From positions 1 to 34,411 of IMG/VR virus record IMGVR_UViG_3300032227_000671: 34,411 nt of DNA; one strand, written 5' to 3'. Below are positions 8,977 to 17,913 of the stretch, one piece after another. The stretch is from a virus. Lineage: Duplodnaviria > Caudoviricetes. Position numbers and translations under genes: made by a program. The notes beneath the pieces were generated by a model that was not told the origin of the DNA, did not search any database, and saw only the letters and a program-made list of their open reading frames with translations. Each line of letters opens with the position of its first letter. The stretch's first letter is position 1.

Positions 8977-9807
8977 TTATCTACGCTTACGTGATTCAGC
9001 TACTGGACTACGAGTACCTGTAGCAGCGTCTTTTGTAACTGCTTTGGGTGCGCTAGATAGATCCTGTGACTTCTGTCCTGGTACATTCTTGAATGAACCA
9101 GCACCCTTAACTTGGCCTTCGCCTTTTGTCAAGTAGTCATGTGGCTGTTTAGGACCAGTGGGATCTGATTCAGCATAACCAGAGAACTTAACAGGACGAC
9201 TGGCCATTCCAGCTTGTCCAGAGTTAGCATCTACTGTGCTACGTCTTTGAACGCCGTTGTCACCATGGGTAACGCTAACTTTTTGTAGTTGAACGTTTTC
9301 CATCATAGCCTCTTCTTCGTCATGATCTTGTTCCATGTCACGTGTTAAATCTTTGCCATCTTCTTCAGCATCATCATCAAACTCAGAGTCAGATTCATCA
9401 TCGCCGCCGCCCATGATATCTTCAAACTCAGCCATTAACTGGTCAAGCTTGTCTTCAATACGGATAACAGCATCTTCAACTTCATCGTGATCTTCGTCAT
9501 CACCTTCGTCTTCAATGTCGATGACTTCTGTTTCTTCGTCATCACTGTCTAACATGTCATCTAAATCATCATCTTCATCTTCGTCTTCGTAAACGCCACC
9601 GGCTTCGTCAACGTTGATTTCGTCTAGTAGATCGCCAACTTGACCACCCATGTCATCGTCCATGTCATCCATCATTTCTTGTTCCATAATAGACTCGTAG
9701 ATTTCACGGGATTTTTCTACAACGATATCGTGAAATAATTCACGGGCTTGTTCTTCATTCTCATTGATAATAAGATCAATGAGTTTTTCAAATTTCTTGT
9801 GGTCCAT
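8977..9807 (-). CDS. Highly acidic prohead core protein (gp67-like by position)
   Basis: Long D/E-rich tracts; lies between portal and protease; AGGAG RBS. Confidence 0.65.
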   Translation of the reverse strand: MDHKKFEKLIDLIINENEEQARELFHDIVVEKSREIYESIMEQEMMDDMDDDMGGQVGDLLDEINVDEAGGVYEDEDEDDDLDDMLDSDDEETEVIDIEDEGDDEDHDEVEDAVIRIEDKLDQLMAEFEDIMGGGDDESDSEFDDDAEEDGKDLTRDMEQDHDEEEAMMENVQLQKVSVTHGDNGVQRRSTVDANSGQAGMASRPVKFSGYAESDPTGPKQPHDYLTKGEGQVKGAGSFKNVPGQKSQDLSSAPKAVTKDAATGTRSPVAESRKRR

Positions 9808-9846
9808 TATTTGTTCTCCTGAATAGAAATATGGCTTACGTAGAAT

Positions 9847-9852
9847 TATTTA
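9847..9852 (-). promoter_or_regulatory. Late promoter CTAAATA for the core-gp21-gp22-gp23 operon
   Basis: tattta downstream of the terminator at 9915-9942. Confidence 0.55.
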
Positions 9853-9914
9853 GTGCATAGCTAACAAAAGTGCGTTATAAGTACGTATTTTTCAGCTTTT
9901 CAGTAGACATAAAC

Positions 9915-9942
9915 AAAAAAGGGGCATTAATGCCCCTTTTTT
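9915..9942. terminator. Palindromic, potentially bidirectional terminator
   Basis: aaaaaaggggcattaatgcccctttttt is a perfect 28 bp palindrome. Confidence 0.88.
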
Positions 9943-9961
9943 TAATAGAATTATCTTAGAT

Positions 9962-10195
9962 TTATAATGTTGGTGCTGCACCTTCAGCACTGGCTTGAGG
10001 ACCATATTGACTTTGAATCTTTTTCAAATAGGTTCTTTTTTCGTAATTTCTTACATCTAACATTCTTCTCAATTTTCTAATTTGCTTTAGTGTAAGCTTT
10101 GTTTTTCTAGAGGTACGCCAAACAGGTTTGCTATTGTCAGCCTCAATATCCTGAAATCCTTGTACACCTGGGTCAAATAGTTCTAGTAGTATCAT
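9962..10195 (-). CDS. Small basic head-module protein
   Basis: 77 aa with RKTKLTLKQIRKLRRM; has its own GATAAATA promoter. Confidence 0.7.
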   Translation of the reverse strand: MILLELFDPGVQGFQDIEADNSKPVWRTSRKTKLTLKQIRKLRRMLDVRNYEKRTYLKKIQSQYGPQASAEGAAPTL

Positions 10196-10212
10196 AATAT
10201 CTATTTATCTAG

Positions 10213-12000
10213 TTAACCAGGTGCGACTCCGCCGGCTGTTGGTGCGCCACCTGCTGATTGTACCGGGCCGACTACTTCAGGTGAAGCTGGTGCTCCGCCT
10301 GCTTCGGCTTCAGGTGGGGCTTCTTCTATATCTGCTGCCGTTTGCTCATCACCTTCCATATCACCAACTGATACACCAATGTTACGCAAATCATTGCCTT
10401 TGGGTGATTCATCTTCTTCTTTATTATGCTCTTCACGCCACATTTTTTCATTACGATTAATTTCATCTTCACTCAAGCCCAAGAATCTTTCTAGTGCAAA
10501 TCGTTTTGAAATATATGGAAGAGCTTCCATTTGAGCAAAAACAGTAACTCTTGCAGTATCTAATTCACTTTGACGATAACTTGCAAAGTTTTGAGGAGGA
10601 TTAAACTGTAAATTGAATAAGCCTGAATCAATATTAAATCCGCGCCATCTTAAGAACAGTTTAAATTCTTGGTCTAGTTTCATTGCAATATAATTTTGCA
10701 ATCTTTCACAATATTGATTGAATCTATACTCTTGGATTAATGCAGTACCAACACGACCATCGCTTAATGGTCTATCACTGTCATCAGGGCCAGTTGGTAG
10801 ATATGAACTTGGAACACGTAAACCACGTGCTAATCTATTATTAAAGTATTTTAAATCATCAATCTCACCTAGATTTTGTCCACCTTGTAATAAATCAACT
10901 GAAGATCCGCGACCATCTGCGGTTACAGGGAAGAAGTAATCTTCGTTCATACTTAATGGATTATATGTAGCATCTACAATACTTTGTCCACCGTATACAC
11001 TAGGTATTCTACGTTGATGAATTTCGTTTTTAATACGTTCAACAAAACTCATAGCCATATGACTAGGCATATTACCAACGTCAATTTTAAATACTCTACG
11101 TTCAGGTGCTCGCTGTACACGATAGATTAGAACCGCATCTTCTAGTAATTCTTTTTGTTTATAAACTTTAAAGATATTTTCTAAGATACTTTGTCCAAAC
11201 GGCCAAAAACGATCTAGACCCTCTGTTAAACTTAAATGTACTATATGCTTAGCGTCAATGGCTGATTCACTTTGACCTAATGTAAATCTACTACCAGTTG
11301 TGTTATAAGGCATTGCTGGAACGGTATATGGAGTATTTGTGCCACCGCCTGTTCCACCTAATCCAGTTGCTGGATTAGCAGCAAAGTCTGTATTGGTTTT
11401 TTGTGCTACTGAAAGATTTTGTAAATTAATGTTAATATCTTTAAGAACATATTGTTCAGGTAGTTTACCTTCGCTTTCGTTTACAATTACCTTAATAACC
11501 TTAACCATATCTACCCAATATAATTTAAAGTTTTCAGGATCTCTTACAAATAATTGATCCCCGTACTTGATGGTATTGCGAAATATTTTAAAAACTCTAG
11601 TATCGAACTCATTTAATTTACACCATTGTTGTAATTGAGTTTTTAAAATAGTAATTTCATGAGGAGTAGGATCGTCTTTAAATTCAATATTAAAAGGTGT
11701 TTTGTTATGTTCGTTTTTCTGTGTACTAAACTCAGAGATTATATCTAAACATGCGTTGATTTCAGCATCAACGTCCATCATTTCATATTGATTATAGCGT
11801 TCTATACGATTTGGGTGACCAGTGTAGACTTCAGGAAGTCTACTCATATAGTTCTTATAACCAAATTCAGTATTATTCCAACCACCAGTCTCGCTGCCAT
11901 TTTGACCTGGACTGCCATTCCAAGCACCAGAGTTACTATTTACACCAGAGATAGGGCTAGATATACCGCTACGATTTAGAAATTTCTTTTTGTAAGTCAT
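10213..12000 (-). CDS. gp20: Portal vertex protein (gp20)
   Basis: LLEDAVLIYRVQRAPERRVFKIDVGNMP, EDYFFP, NLGEIDDLKYF and LRVPSS motifs. Confidence 0.96.
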   Translation of the reverse strand: MTYKKKFLNRSGISSPISGVNSNSGAWNGSPGQNGSETGGWNNTEFGYKNYMSRLPEVYTGHPNRIERYNQYEMMDVDAEINACLDIISEFSTQKNEHNKTPFNIEFKDDPTPHEITILKTQLQQWCKLNEFDTRVFKIFRNTIKYGDQLFVRDPENFKLYWVDMVKVIKVIVNESEGKLPEQYVLKDININLQNLSVAQKTNTDFAANPATGLGGTGGGTNTPYTVPAMPYNTTGSRFTLGQSESAIDAKHIVHLSLTEGLDRFWPFGQSILENIFKVYKQKELLEDAVLIYRVQRAPERRVFKIDVGNMPSHMAMSFVERIKNEIHQRRIPSVYGGQSIVDATYNPLSMNEDYFFPVTADGRGSSVDLLQGGQNLGEIDDLKYFNNRLARGLRVPSSYLPTGPDDSDRPLSDGRVGTALIQEYRFNQYCERLQNYIAMKLDQEFKLFLRWRGFNIDSGLFNLQFNPPQNFASYRQSELDTARVTVFAQMEALPYISKRFALERFLGLSEDEINRNEKMWREEHNKEEDESPKGNDLRNIGVSVGDMEGDEQTAADIEEAPPEAEAGGAPASPEVVGPVQSAGGAPTAGGVAPG

Positions 12001-12015
12001 GTTGTATTTAGTGTA

Positions 12016-14916
12016 TCATGATGTATACCGAAATATCCGTTCTAATATATTATTAGAGTCACTTACTTTGTCTACCACTTCCTGCATCTTACTAGTTATT
12101 GAATCTTTTATATCATATAACATTCTAGCATAAGTTTCCTCTGAAGATGCCACTGATGTACCGGTTGCAGGTGAGCTTTGTGTTGAAGTTGAAGTTTCTG
12201 TTTTAGATGAAGGCTTTGACTCGGCTACAAGCTGTGGCTTAGACACTTCAAAACTAACAGGCTGCTTTGAACTTGCTGTTTGTGTTAGTGCAGAAGAAGG
12301 TATTGACGCAGCCTCGGGGCTTAAAGAAGGTCTTGAAGAAGGTCTTGAAGAAGGTCTTGACGCAGCCTCGGTTCTTGATCTAAGTAATTCAAAATGAACA
12401 GGATCACGAGCACCATATGGTTGAAGTAATCCTTGACTTAGTAACGCCATTACCGCTTTAGGATCAGTTTTGGCTTCTTGAATATCAACCGCAATACCTT
12501 TTTCATGTGCGCTGTTCCCGGGTTCAGCAACTAGCATACCAGTAGGCCCTATACCCGGATGACCAAGTCTAACAGATTCATCCCATAATCTTTTTTGATC
12601 AGCATAAGTCCTTAAGCCACTATTAATAGTTAAGGGTTTTCCATAAACTTCTGCTGCGGCCATTAACTTTCTGTGCAATTCAGAATCTAACCCGTATGCC
12701 GGTCCTTTTAGAAGTCCTGTACTTGTAGTAGCACCGCCTGTTGGAGTAGCACCCCCTAAATTTCGTTGGCCCTGAGCAAGTTCATCTGCAAGTTCAGGGG
12801 GCGGTGACATACTTCTTGTATTAGTAGAACCTCCTGTTGGAGTAGCAGCCTTATTTGGAGTAGCAGCCTTATTTGGAGTAGCACCGCCTGTTGGAGTAGC
12901 ACCGCCTGTTGGAGTAGCACCGCCTGTTGGAGTAGCAGCAGGCTTCTTCTCAACACCCATACGTTTGAGCATCCATTCTGGAAGATATTCTTGTTGTTTT
13001 TTGTACGTCCATGCATGAACGTCGTCCATAAATTCGTCAACTTTTTTCCCAACTTCAAGTTTTTCGTATTCTTTCCCAAGTTTATGAACTCCTGCACTGA
13101 CAGCAGCGCCAGCGAGAGCGCCGTACTTCGCGCCTTTAATTGCCCCGCCCGGTGTTCTGGTTAAGAACGCGCCGGCTACACCACCTGCCACTGCTCCTGC
13201 TCCGGCACCTTTAGCTAATGAAGGAAAATATTCAATTATTGTTTTTATTATCCCGTTTAATCCACCCATACTGACCCATAATTTATGCGCTTCAGTGGCC
13301 AGTTGACTAAATTTGTTTATTACAGGAATAATAGCTTCTTTTATATCTATATTAAAACGATCTTTGATATATTTGTTAGCAGGCTCTAGGACCTCTTTCT
13401 TAAGAAAATCCCAAGTCGCTGATAAAATTTGTTTCATATAAGTTTTAATGTTGTCTATTATAGTTGTTAAACTATTTACAAAAGGGTTTAAACTCTTGAG
13501 AATGTCATCATATTGCCTTTGAAAGCTCCGCACCATAATATCAAGATGATTTTGCATACTTTTAGAACTATCAGCTTGAACTCTATTAATATCTGCAAAT
13601 ACAGTTTTTTGCCTTTCTACCGTCTCTCCTGCGCCTTTCGCTATCTGTTGAAAATCTTCAGCGGTTCCCAAAACGTCTTTTGCAAATGAATCTTGGGCGC
13701 CACCGGACAATTGAATGCTAGTACCAAATATTTCACCAGCATATTCTAACCCTTTGGCAACTACTTCTATTGCAGCCGCAGCCGCTTGGCCTGCTGTCTT
13801 AGTACTATCCTTAGCTAGTGCCTCAAATGCACGGGGATCTATCCCCATGTTAGCTAAATTACGACTTATCTCTAGGAATGAACCTCCAGTTGCAATTACA
13901 CTTCTTACCGATGCAGTCATAGAAGAACTATATTGAGCAGATATTGCTTTTATAATAGCTTGCTCTTTTGCAATCTGATCTTCTATTGCTGATGCTGCTT
14001 TCAAATTGTCCAAGTCCTGTGTTTCTCTAAGCTTGAAAGCCTCAGCCTGCATTTTGTTATGGCGAAGCATTATATCCAAACTAGCTTGGGCTTCTTGCTG
14101 TTTTTTCTTAACGGTATCTACATCTTTTCCAGTTAAAGCAGATAATTCTAAAATATTTTTAGTATATTCTAATGAACCTTTTCTAAGTGCTTCTTGTGAT
14201 TTTTGATATCCATTTAGTTGAACACCGGCCGCGGCCAAAGATTTTACATAATCTGCCATGTGTACGGCTAACTCTTCTTTTGGTATTCCCAAACTATTGA
14301 ATTCTGATAGTACCTCATCACCCACAGCAGCCATTTCAGCAAACTTTTCCACTCCCCTCGACATATTTCTACTAAAAACTAATAAGTCACCGCCTGCTTT
14401 TCCAGCAGCCGAGTATAACTTATGCATGTTTAAGGAGAAATATCCTGCATTTTTGGCTAACTCATTTAAACGATCAGAAGAAAGATTCCCTGCTGCACCA
14501 AATTTCGTGACTTGATCTTTTGCTTTTACTATGGCCTCTGATTGGGCAGAAGCAAGTTGTACTACTTTTGAGGCTGTTTGTATTAGTGCACCTGCCAAAC
14601 CTCCCAATACACCAAAATGCTTGACAACATCAGTAGCGAGATCAGCAGCTACCGATGCTGCACCGGCAGCTTGTTTAAAGCTAGATTCATTGCTTGTTAA
14701 TACTCTCGTAAAAGACTCTACTGCTCGTGTACTAGCTTCAAACACCGTTGTAGTAGCAGATACCGCTGTTGTAAATCCCTTGTTTATATCAAGTTTGGCC
14801 TTTTCTGCTTTAGCTTGTGCATCGGCAATAAGGTTAGACTCCCTCATTGACTCAGATTGTCTACGATATTCTTCGCTCAATTGAGCAAGCAGTGCGGGAT
14901 CTAAATTTGCAGCCAT
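12016..14916 (-). CDS. Tape-measure-like protein with a C-terminal M15-family peptidase domain (ATG 14916 preferred over TTG 14928)
   Basis: Long Ala-rich helical body and Gly/Ala hydrophobic segment; SGLRT..Q, SAHEKGIAVD (SxHxxGxAxD) and DPVH Zn motifs. Confidence 0.75.
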   Translation of the reverse strand: MAANLDPALLAQLSEEYRRQSESMRESNLIADAQAKAEKAKLDINKGFTTAVSATTTVFEASTRAVESFTRVLTSNESSFKQAAGAASVAADLATDVVKHFGVLGGLAGALIQTASKVVQLASAQSEAIVKAKDQVTKFGAAGNLSSDRLNELAKNAGYFSLNMHKLYSAAGKAGGDLLVFSRNMSRGVEKFAEMAAVGDEVLSEFNSLGIPKEELAVHMADYVKSLAAAGVQLNGYQKSQEALRKGSLEYTKNILELSALTGKDVDTVKKKQQEAQASLDIMLRHNKMQAEAFKLRETQDLDNLKAASAIEDQIAKEQAIIKAISAQYSSSMTASVRSVIATGGSFLEISRNLANMGIDPRAFEALAKDSTKTAGQAAAAAIEVVAKGLEYAGEIFGTSIQLSGGAQDSFAKDVLGTAEDFQQIAKGAGETVERQKTVFADINRVQADSSKSMQNHLDIMVRSFQRQYDDILKSLNPFVNSLTTIIDNIKTYMKQILSATWDFLKKEVLEPANKYIKDRFNIDIKEAIIPVINKFSQLATEAHKLWVSMGGLNGIIKTIIEYFPSLAKGAGAGAVAGGVAGAFLTRTPGGAIKGAKYGALAGAAVSAGVHKLGKEYEKLEVGKKVDEFMDDVHAWTYKKQQEYLPEWMLKRMGVEKKPAATPTGGATPTGGATPTGGATPNKAATPNKAATPTGGSTNTRSMSPPPELADELAQGQRNLGGATPTGGATTSTGLLKGPAYGLDSELHRKLMAAAEVYGKPLTINSGLRTYADQKRLWDESVRLGHPGIGPTGMLVAEPGNSAHEKGIAVDIQEAKTDPKAVMALLSQGLLQPYGARDPVHFELLRSRTEAASRPSSRPSSRPSLSPEAASIPSSALTQTASSKQPVSFEVSKPQLVAESKPSSKTETSTSTQSSPATGTSVASSEETYARMLYDIKDSITSKMQEVVDKVSDSNNILERIFRYTS
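12324..12360. repeat. 12 bp coding repeat (SRPS x3)
   Basis: agaaggtcttga x3. Confidence 0.85.
12725..12940. repeat. 18 bp coding repeats (ATPTGG/ATPNKA linker)
   Basis: gtagcaccgcctgttgga x3 tandem plus a distal copy near 12728; gtagcagccttatttgga x2. Confidence 0.9.
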
Positions 14917-14928
14917 TTCTGTATCCAA

Positions 14929-14949
14929 TAAATATACTTATAGTATTTA
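14929..14949. promoter_or_regulatory. Face-to-face late promoters for the tape measure and gp26-like genes
   Basis: taaata on plus at 14929-14934 and tattta (minus TAAATA) at 14944-14949. Confidence 0.55.
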
Positions 14950-14989
14950 GTATGGGCAAATTGCCTATTCTTAAACATAAGGAAATCCA

Positions 14990-15820
14990 ATGACTATAAA
15001 TAACAATCCACTTAGACAATATTTTCGTAGACCTTCAGTACACTTGAGATTACCCAGCAAAGGTAAATATTATGCTGACAATGTAATAGACATGCCTCCC
15101 ACAGGCGAGTTGCCAGTTTATCCTATGACTGCCATTGATGAAATAACAGTAAAAACTCCCGATGCACTGTTCAACGGATCAGCTATTCCGGAATTGATTA
15201 AAAGTTGCATACCTGATATCAAAGATCCATGGGCTATCAACAATGTTGACTTAGATGCAGTATTAATTTCTATTAAAGCAGCTACAGGTGATGGAGAAAT
15301 GGATTTAGACACCGTATGCCCCGCGTGTGAAGAAGAAACCAAATACGGACTAAGTTTAATTAGTATGTTAACACAATTAAAAGAAGGAGACTATGATTCT
15401 GAATTAATTATAAATGAGCTACATATTAAATTTAGACCAATCACATATAAAGAAATGAATTCAGCTAGTATGAAACAATTTGAAATTCAAAAGTTATTTA
15501 ATTCAATAGACCAACTCACCGACGAGCTTGAAAAAGCAGAAAGAGCTAAAACAGCAATTATTTCAATAACAGAGTTGACTATGAAGTTGTTAGCAAATGC
15601 TATTGAATATATCAGCACTCCTTCTGCTAGAGTAGAAGAAACCGAATATATTTTGGATTTTCTACAAAATTGTGATAAAGAATCTTATGATAAAATTAAA
15701 GATTATCACGCAAAACTTAAAGAAGATACTAGTATCAAGCCTTTAAAACTTAGTTGCACTAGTTGTAACCACAACTATGAACAATCCTTTACATTGAATA
15801 CAGCCGATTTTTTCGAGTGA
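14990..15820 (+). CDS. Baseplate hub assembly/tail chaperone (T4 gp26-like)
   Basis: LPSKG..Y, PMTAIDEI, DLDAVLISIK, CPAC and CTSC motifs; ends DFFE. Confidence 0.75.
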   Translation: MTINNNPLRQYFRRPSVHLRLPSKGKYYADNVIDMPPTGELPVYPMTAIDEITVKTPDALFNGSAIPELIKSCIPDIKDPWAINNVDLDAVLISIKAATGDGEMDLDTVCPACEEETKYGLSLISMLTQLKEGDYDSELIINELHIKFRPITYKEMNSASMKQFEIQKLFNSIDQLTDELEKAERAKTAIISITELTMKLLANAIEYISTPSARVEETEYILDFLQNCDKESYDKIKDYHAKLKEDTSIKPLKLSCTSCNHNYEQSFTLNTADFFE

Positions 15821-15856
15821 TGCTTCTTCGCCTTGACCATGAGGGCGTTAAGAAGC
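15808..15856 (+). other. Candidate programmed -1 ribosomal frameshift site
   Basis: In-frame T TTT TTC heptamer (15808-15814), 7 nt spacer, 13 bp stem-loop at 15822-15856; the next ORF is in the -1 frame. Confidence 0.7.
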
Positions 15857-16044
15857 TCATAGAAAACTATGACAAAGAGTGTAAGGGTATTAAGAAGATG
15901 GCTTTAAGCCTATCATGGTATATGAGGGGAGGGGTGTCATATGAGGATGTTCTCAATATGTCCCCTCAAGAACGAATAGAGATAAAAGAAATTATTGACA
16001 GCAATATGGAAATAACGAAAAAGAGTCAATTGCCCTTCTTCTGA
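15817..16044 (+). CDS. gp51-like small protein, or the frameshift extension of the upstream ORF
   Basis: LSWYMRGGVSYEDVLNMSPQER resembles the gp51-type aromatic/'xMxPxER' pattern; no clear RBS; overlaps the upstream stop. Confidence 0.65.
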   Translation: MMLLRLDHEGVKKLIENYDKECKGIKKMALSLSWYMRGGVSYEDVLNMSPQERIEIKEIIDSNMEITKKSQLPFF

Positions 16045-16084
16045 TTTTAACCATAATTATTCATTTATCCAAGTGCTGTTTCAT

Positions 16085-16580
16085 TAGAAGATGAGCTATC
16101 GCTCATCTAAGACCTCACTTCGTTCGGTCTTTATTTTTACAATTCAATACGGTTAAGAATTCTAATTTTATTTATTTTCTTAAGGGACTCATCTGCCGTC
16201 AGGAGACCATGGTAGTGCTGTTCAGCACTACCAATGATTAAGGGAACCTGCCATGCCCATCATCCATTGTTGTCTATTCCCCGTATAATCAGCTATTTGA
16301 GCTACTATACGCTACCGGTTGCTCTGTAAAGTTTGCTGGGACTGTAGTGAAGATTATCTCTTGCAAGAGGTCTTCCGCAACGCATGTTCTATAACCCAAA
16401 GACAAAGTAGGCTATAGACTCATTCAGGGTTCGCACACATAACGAGAGCCCTGTCGGTATTCCAAGACTAAAATACTAATCAATGATTAATATAATAATC
16501 CTGCATACTCCAGATCTGTCGGCCACGAGCCTTACCTCGGCTGACTCAAGGAGGATCGAGGTACCTCGATCAAACGAAAT
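16085..16580 (-). ncRNA. Candidate large structured non-coding RNA (alternatively an origin region); strand tentative
   Basis: ~0.5 kb with no ORF in the track, about 45% GC in its core by hand count, and about nine stem-loops with possible long-range pairings. Confidence 0.55.
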
Positions 16581-17150
16581 TTAGTGAATTTGTAATGTAA
16601 GTAAATTATTAGAAGATTTAATTTGATTTGACTTGGTGTCTATGGTGCTAGAATAAGTTTTAAGAAGGTCTTTGTTGTTTTTAAAAAAGTGATTGAATTC
16701 TATAAGAAGCCAATCACCATATTTGCCTGAAGAATAATATATAAAATTATCTGTAACCCAAGTAAGACCGCATTGCACGGCCACGTATCTTCCCTTTCGG
16801 TTGAACTTCATGAATAGGATATTTAAATCCCCGTCATCAGCTACCGACATGAGTTGATCTAGCCACGTATTTAGTTGCTTACTTTCACCTGAAAGTACTA
16901 AGTGAAAGGGAAAATCAGCATAGTTCTTTGCTTCAGCATTAAACTTACTCCAAGAATCAGGGGGAATAATATCTCCCTTAAACCCTTTGATTTGATTTTC
17001 ACTTAGATTTTGCTTTCTATGTGAATTTGAGCCACCAATAAAAGCACCTGAGTTAGGCACTCTTACAAAATGATCATCATATAGGTCACTGAGATATTTT
17101 GCAACATCTCTTTCCCATGATGAACCTTTTTGCTTCTGTGGACTAGACAT
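16581..17150 (-). CDS. Holliday junction resolvase-like PD-(D/E)XK nuclease (Hjc type)
   Basis: KQKGSSWERDVAKYL, RVPNSGA, GDII and EAK motifs. Confidence 0.8.
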   Translation of the reverse strand: MSSPQKQKGSSWERDVAKYLSDLYDDHFVRVPNSGAFIGGSNSHRKQNLSENQIKGFKGDIIPPDSWSKFNAEAKNYADFPFHLVLSGESKQLNTWLDQLMSVADDGDLNILFMKFNRKGRYVAVQCGLTWVTDNFIYYSSGKYGDWLLIEFNHFFKNNKDLLKTYSSTIDTKSNQIKSSNNLLTLQIH

Positions 17151-17154
17151 ACTA

Positions 17155-17913
17155 CTACTTAGCGTTTATTAGGGGTATGGAAAATTTACATTTATCACCA
17201 TGAAACATTGTATAATGATTTTTTGCCACTGTCTTACTACAATGTTCACACGTTCGTTGATGTTCGGGTTTCTTCATTGGATTATTATCGCCCGAGTTTT
17301 TTAATTTGGTCATTTCTTTATTGTAATCTGATGCAGGAACTCCGTACATTGGATTATTCGCACCTCGTAATCTCTCAGACAATTTCGGGTTTCCCTTAAG
17401 AGACTTACTTATGTTTTTGTTATGAGAGGTAGGTCTATTTTTTGCGTATTCCTTCAAACTAGAACTTTGTTTCTGCTTTCTACTATCATCATATTTTTTC
17501 CCGTAATGAGGTGATTTTTCGCCAGTTTTACCGTACATAGGATTTTTATTACCTATCCTAGCTTCACTCTTTTTTCGCCTAGTAGTTGCATTTTCCTTTA
17601 CCCCGTATCTATTGTATAATCCATCTCCGTTATGTTGATTGAAACTCAATGGATCATCTTTGGCATTAAGAGAGGTAAGAATTGAGTTTTCTAAATCAGC
17701 AATATAATTAGCTTCTCCAATGTATAGTATTTCATATACCCATTCATTGCGATTTTCTAAAACCAATGGCTTTACTTCTTTGCTTGAACAAATGTATTCT
17801 TCATGTCTTGTTGGGTTCCATCCCTTGCGAATCTTAGAACCTATATACCATTTGCCGGTTGGTATATGAGTCCATTTATAGATATAGGGTGTGGTTTCGT
17901 TATAAATAGTCAT
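17155..17913 (-). CDS. Free-standing GIY-YIG (Seg-like) homing endonuclease with NUMOD3-like repeats
   Basis: YIYKW...WYIGS, YICSS, then E and N residues; NPMYG repeats; C-terminal CEHC..H..C finger. Confidence 0.85.
   Translation of the reverse strand: MTIYNETTPYIYKWTHIPTGKWYIGSKIRKGWNPTRHEEYICSSKEVKPLVLENRNEWVYEILYIGEANYIADLENSILTSLNAKDDPLSFNQHNGDGLYNRYGVKENATTRRKKSEARIGNKNPMYGKTGEKSPHYGKKYDDSRKQKQSSSLKEYAKNRPTSHNKNISKSLKGNPKLSERLRGANNPMYGVPASDYNKEMTKLKNSGDNNPMKKPEHQRTCEHCSKTVAKNHYTMFHGDKCKFSIPLINAK

Noticed and set aside
3190-15342. Short alternative-frame or antisense ORFs inside the fibre, head, portal, tape-measure and gp26-like genes
   Set aside because: Fully nested in well-supported genes with no recognisable motifs.
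16085-16580. tRNA, tmRNA or group I intron call for the structured gap
   Set aside because: No cloverleaf/T-loop, tag peptide or P7 core was recognised by eye, and the flanking genes are convergent and complete.
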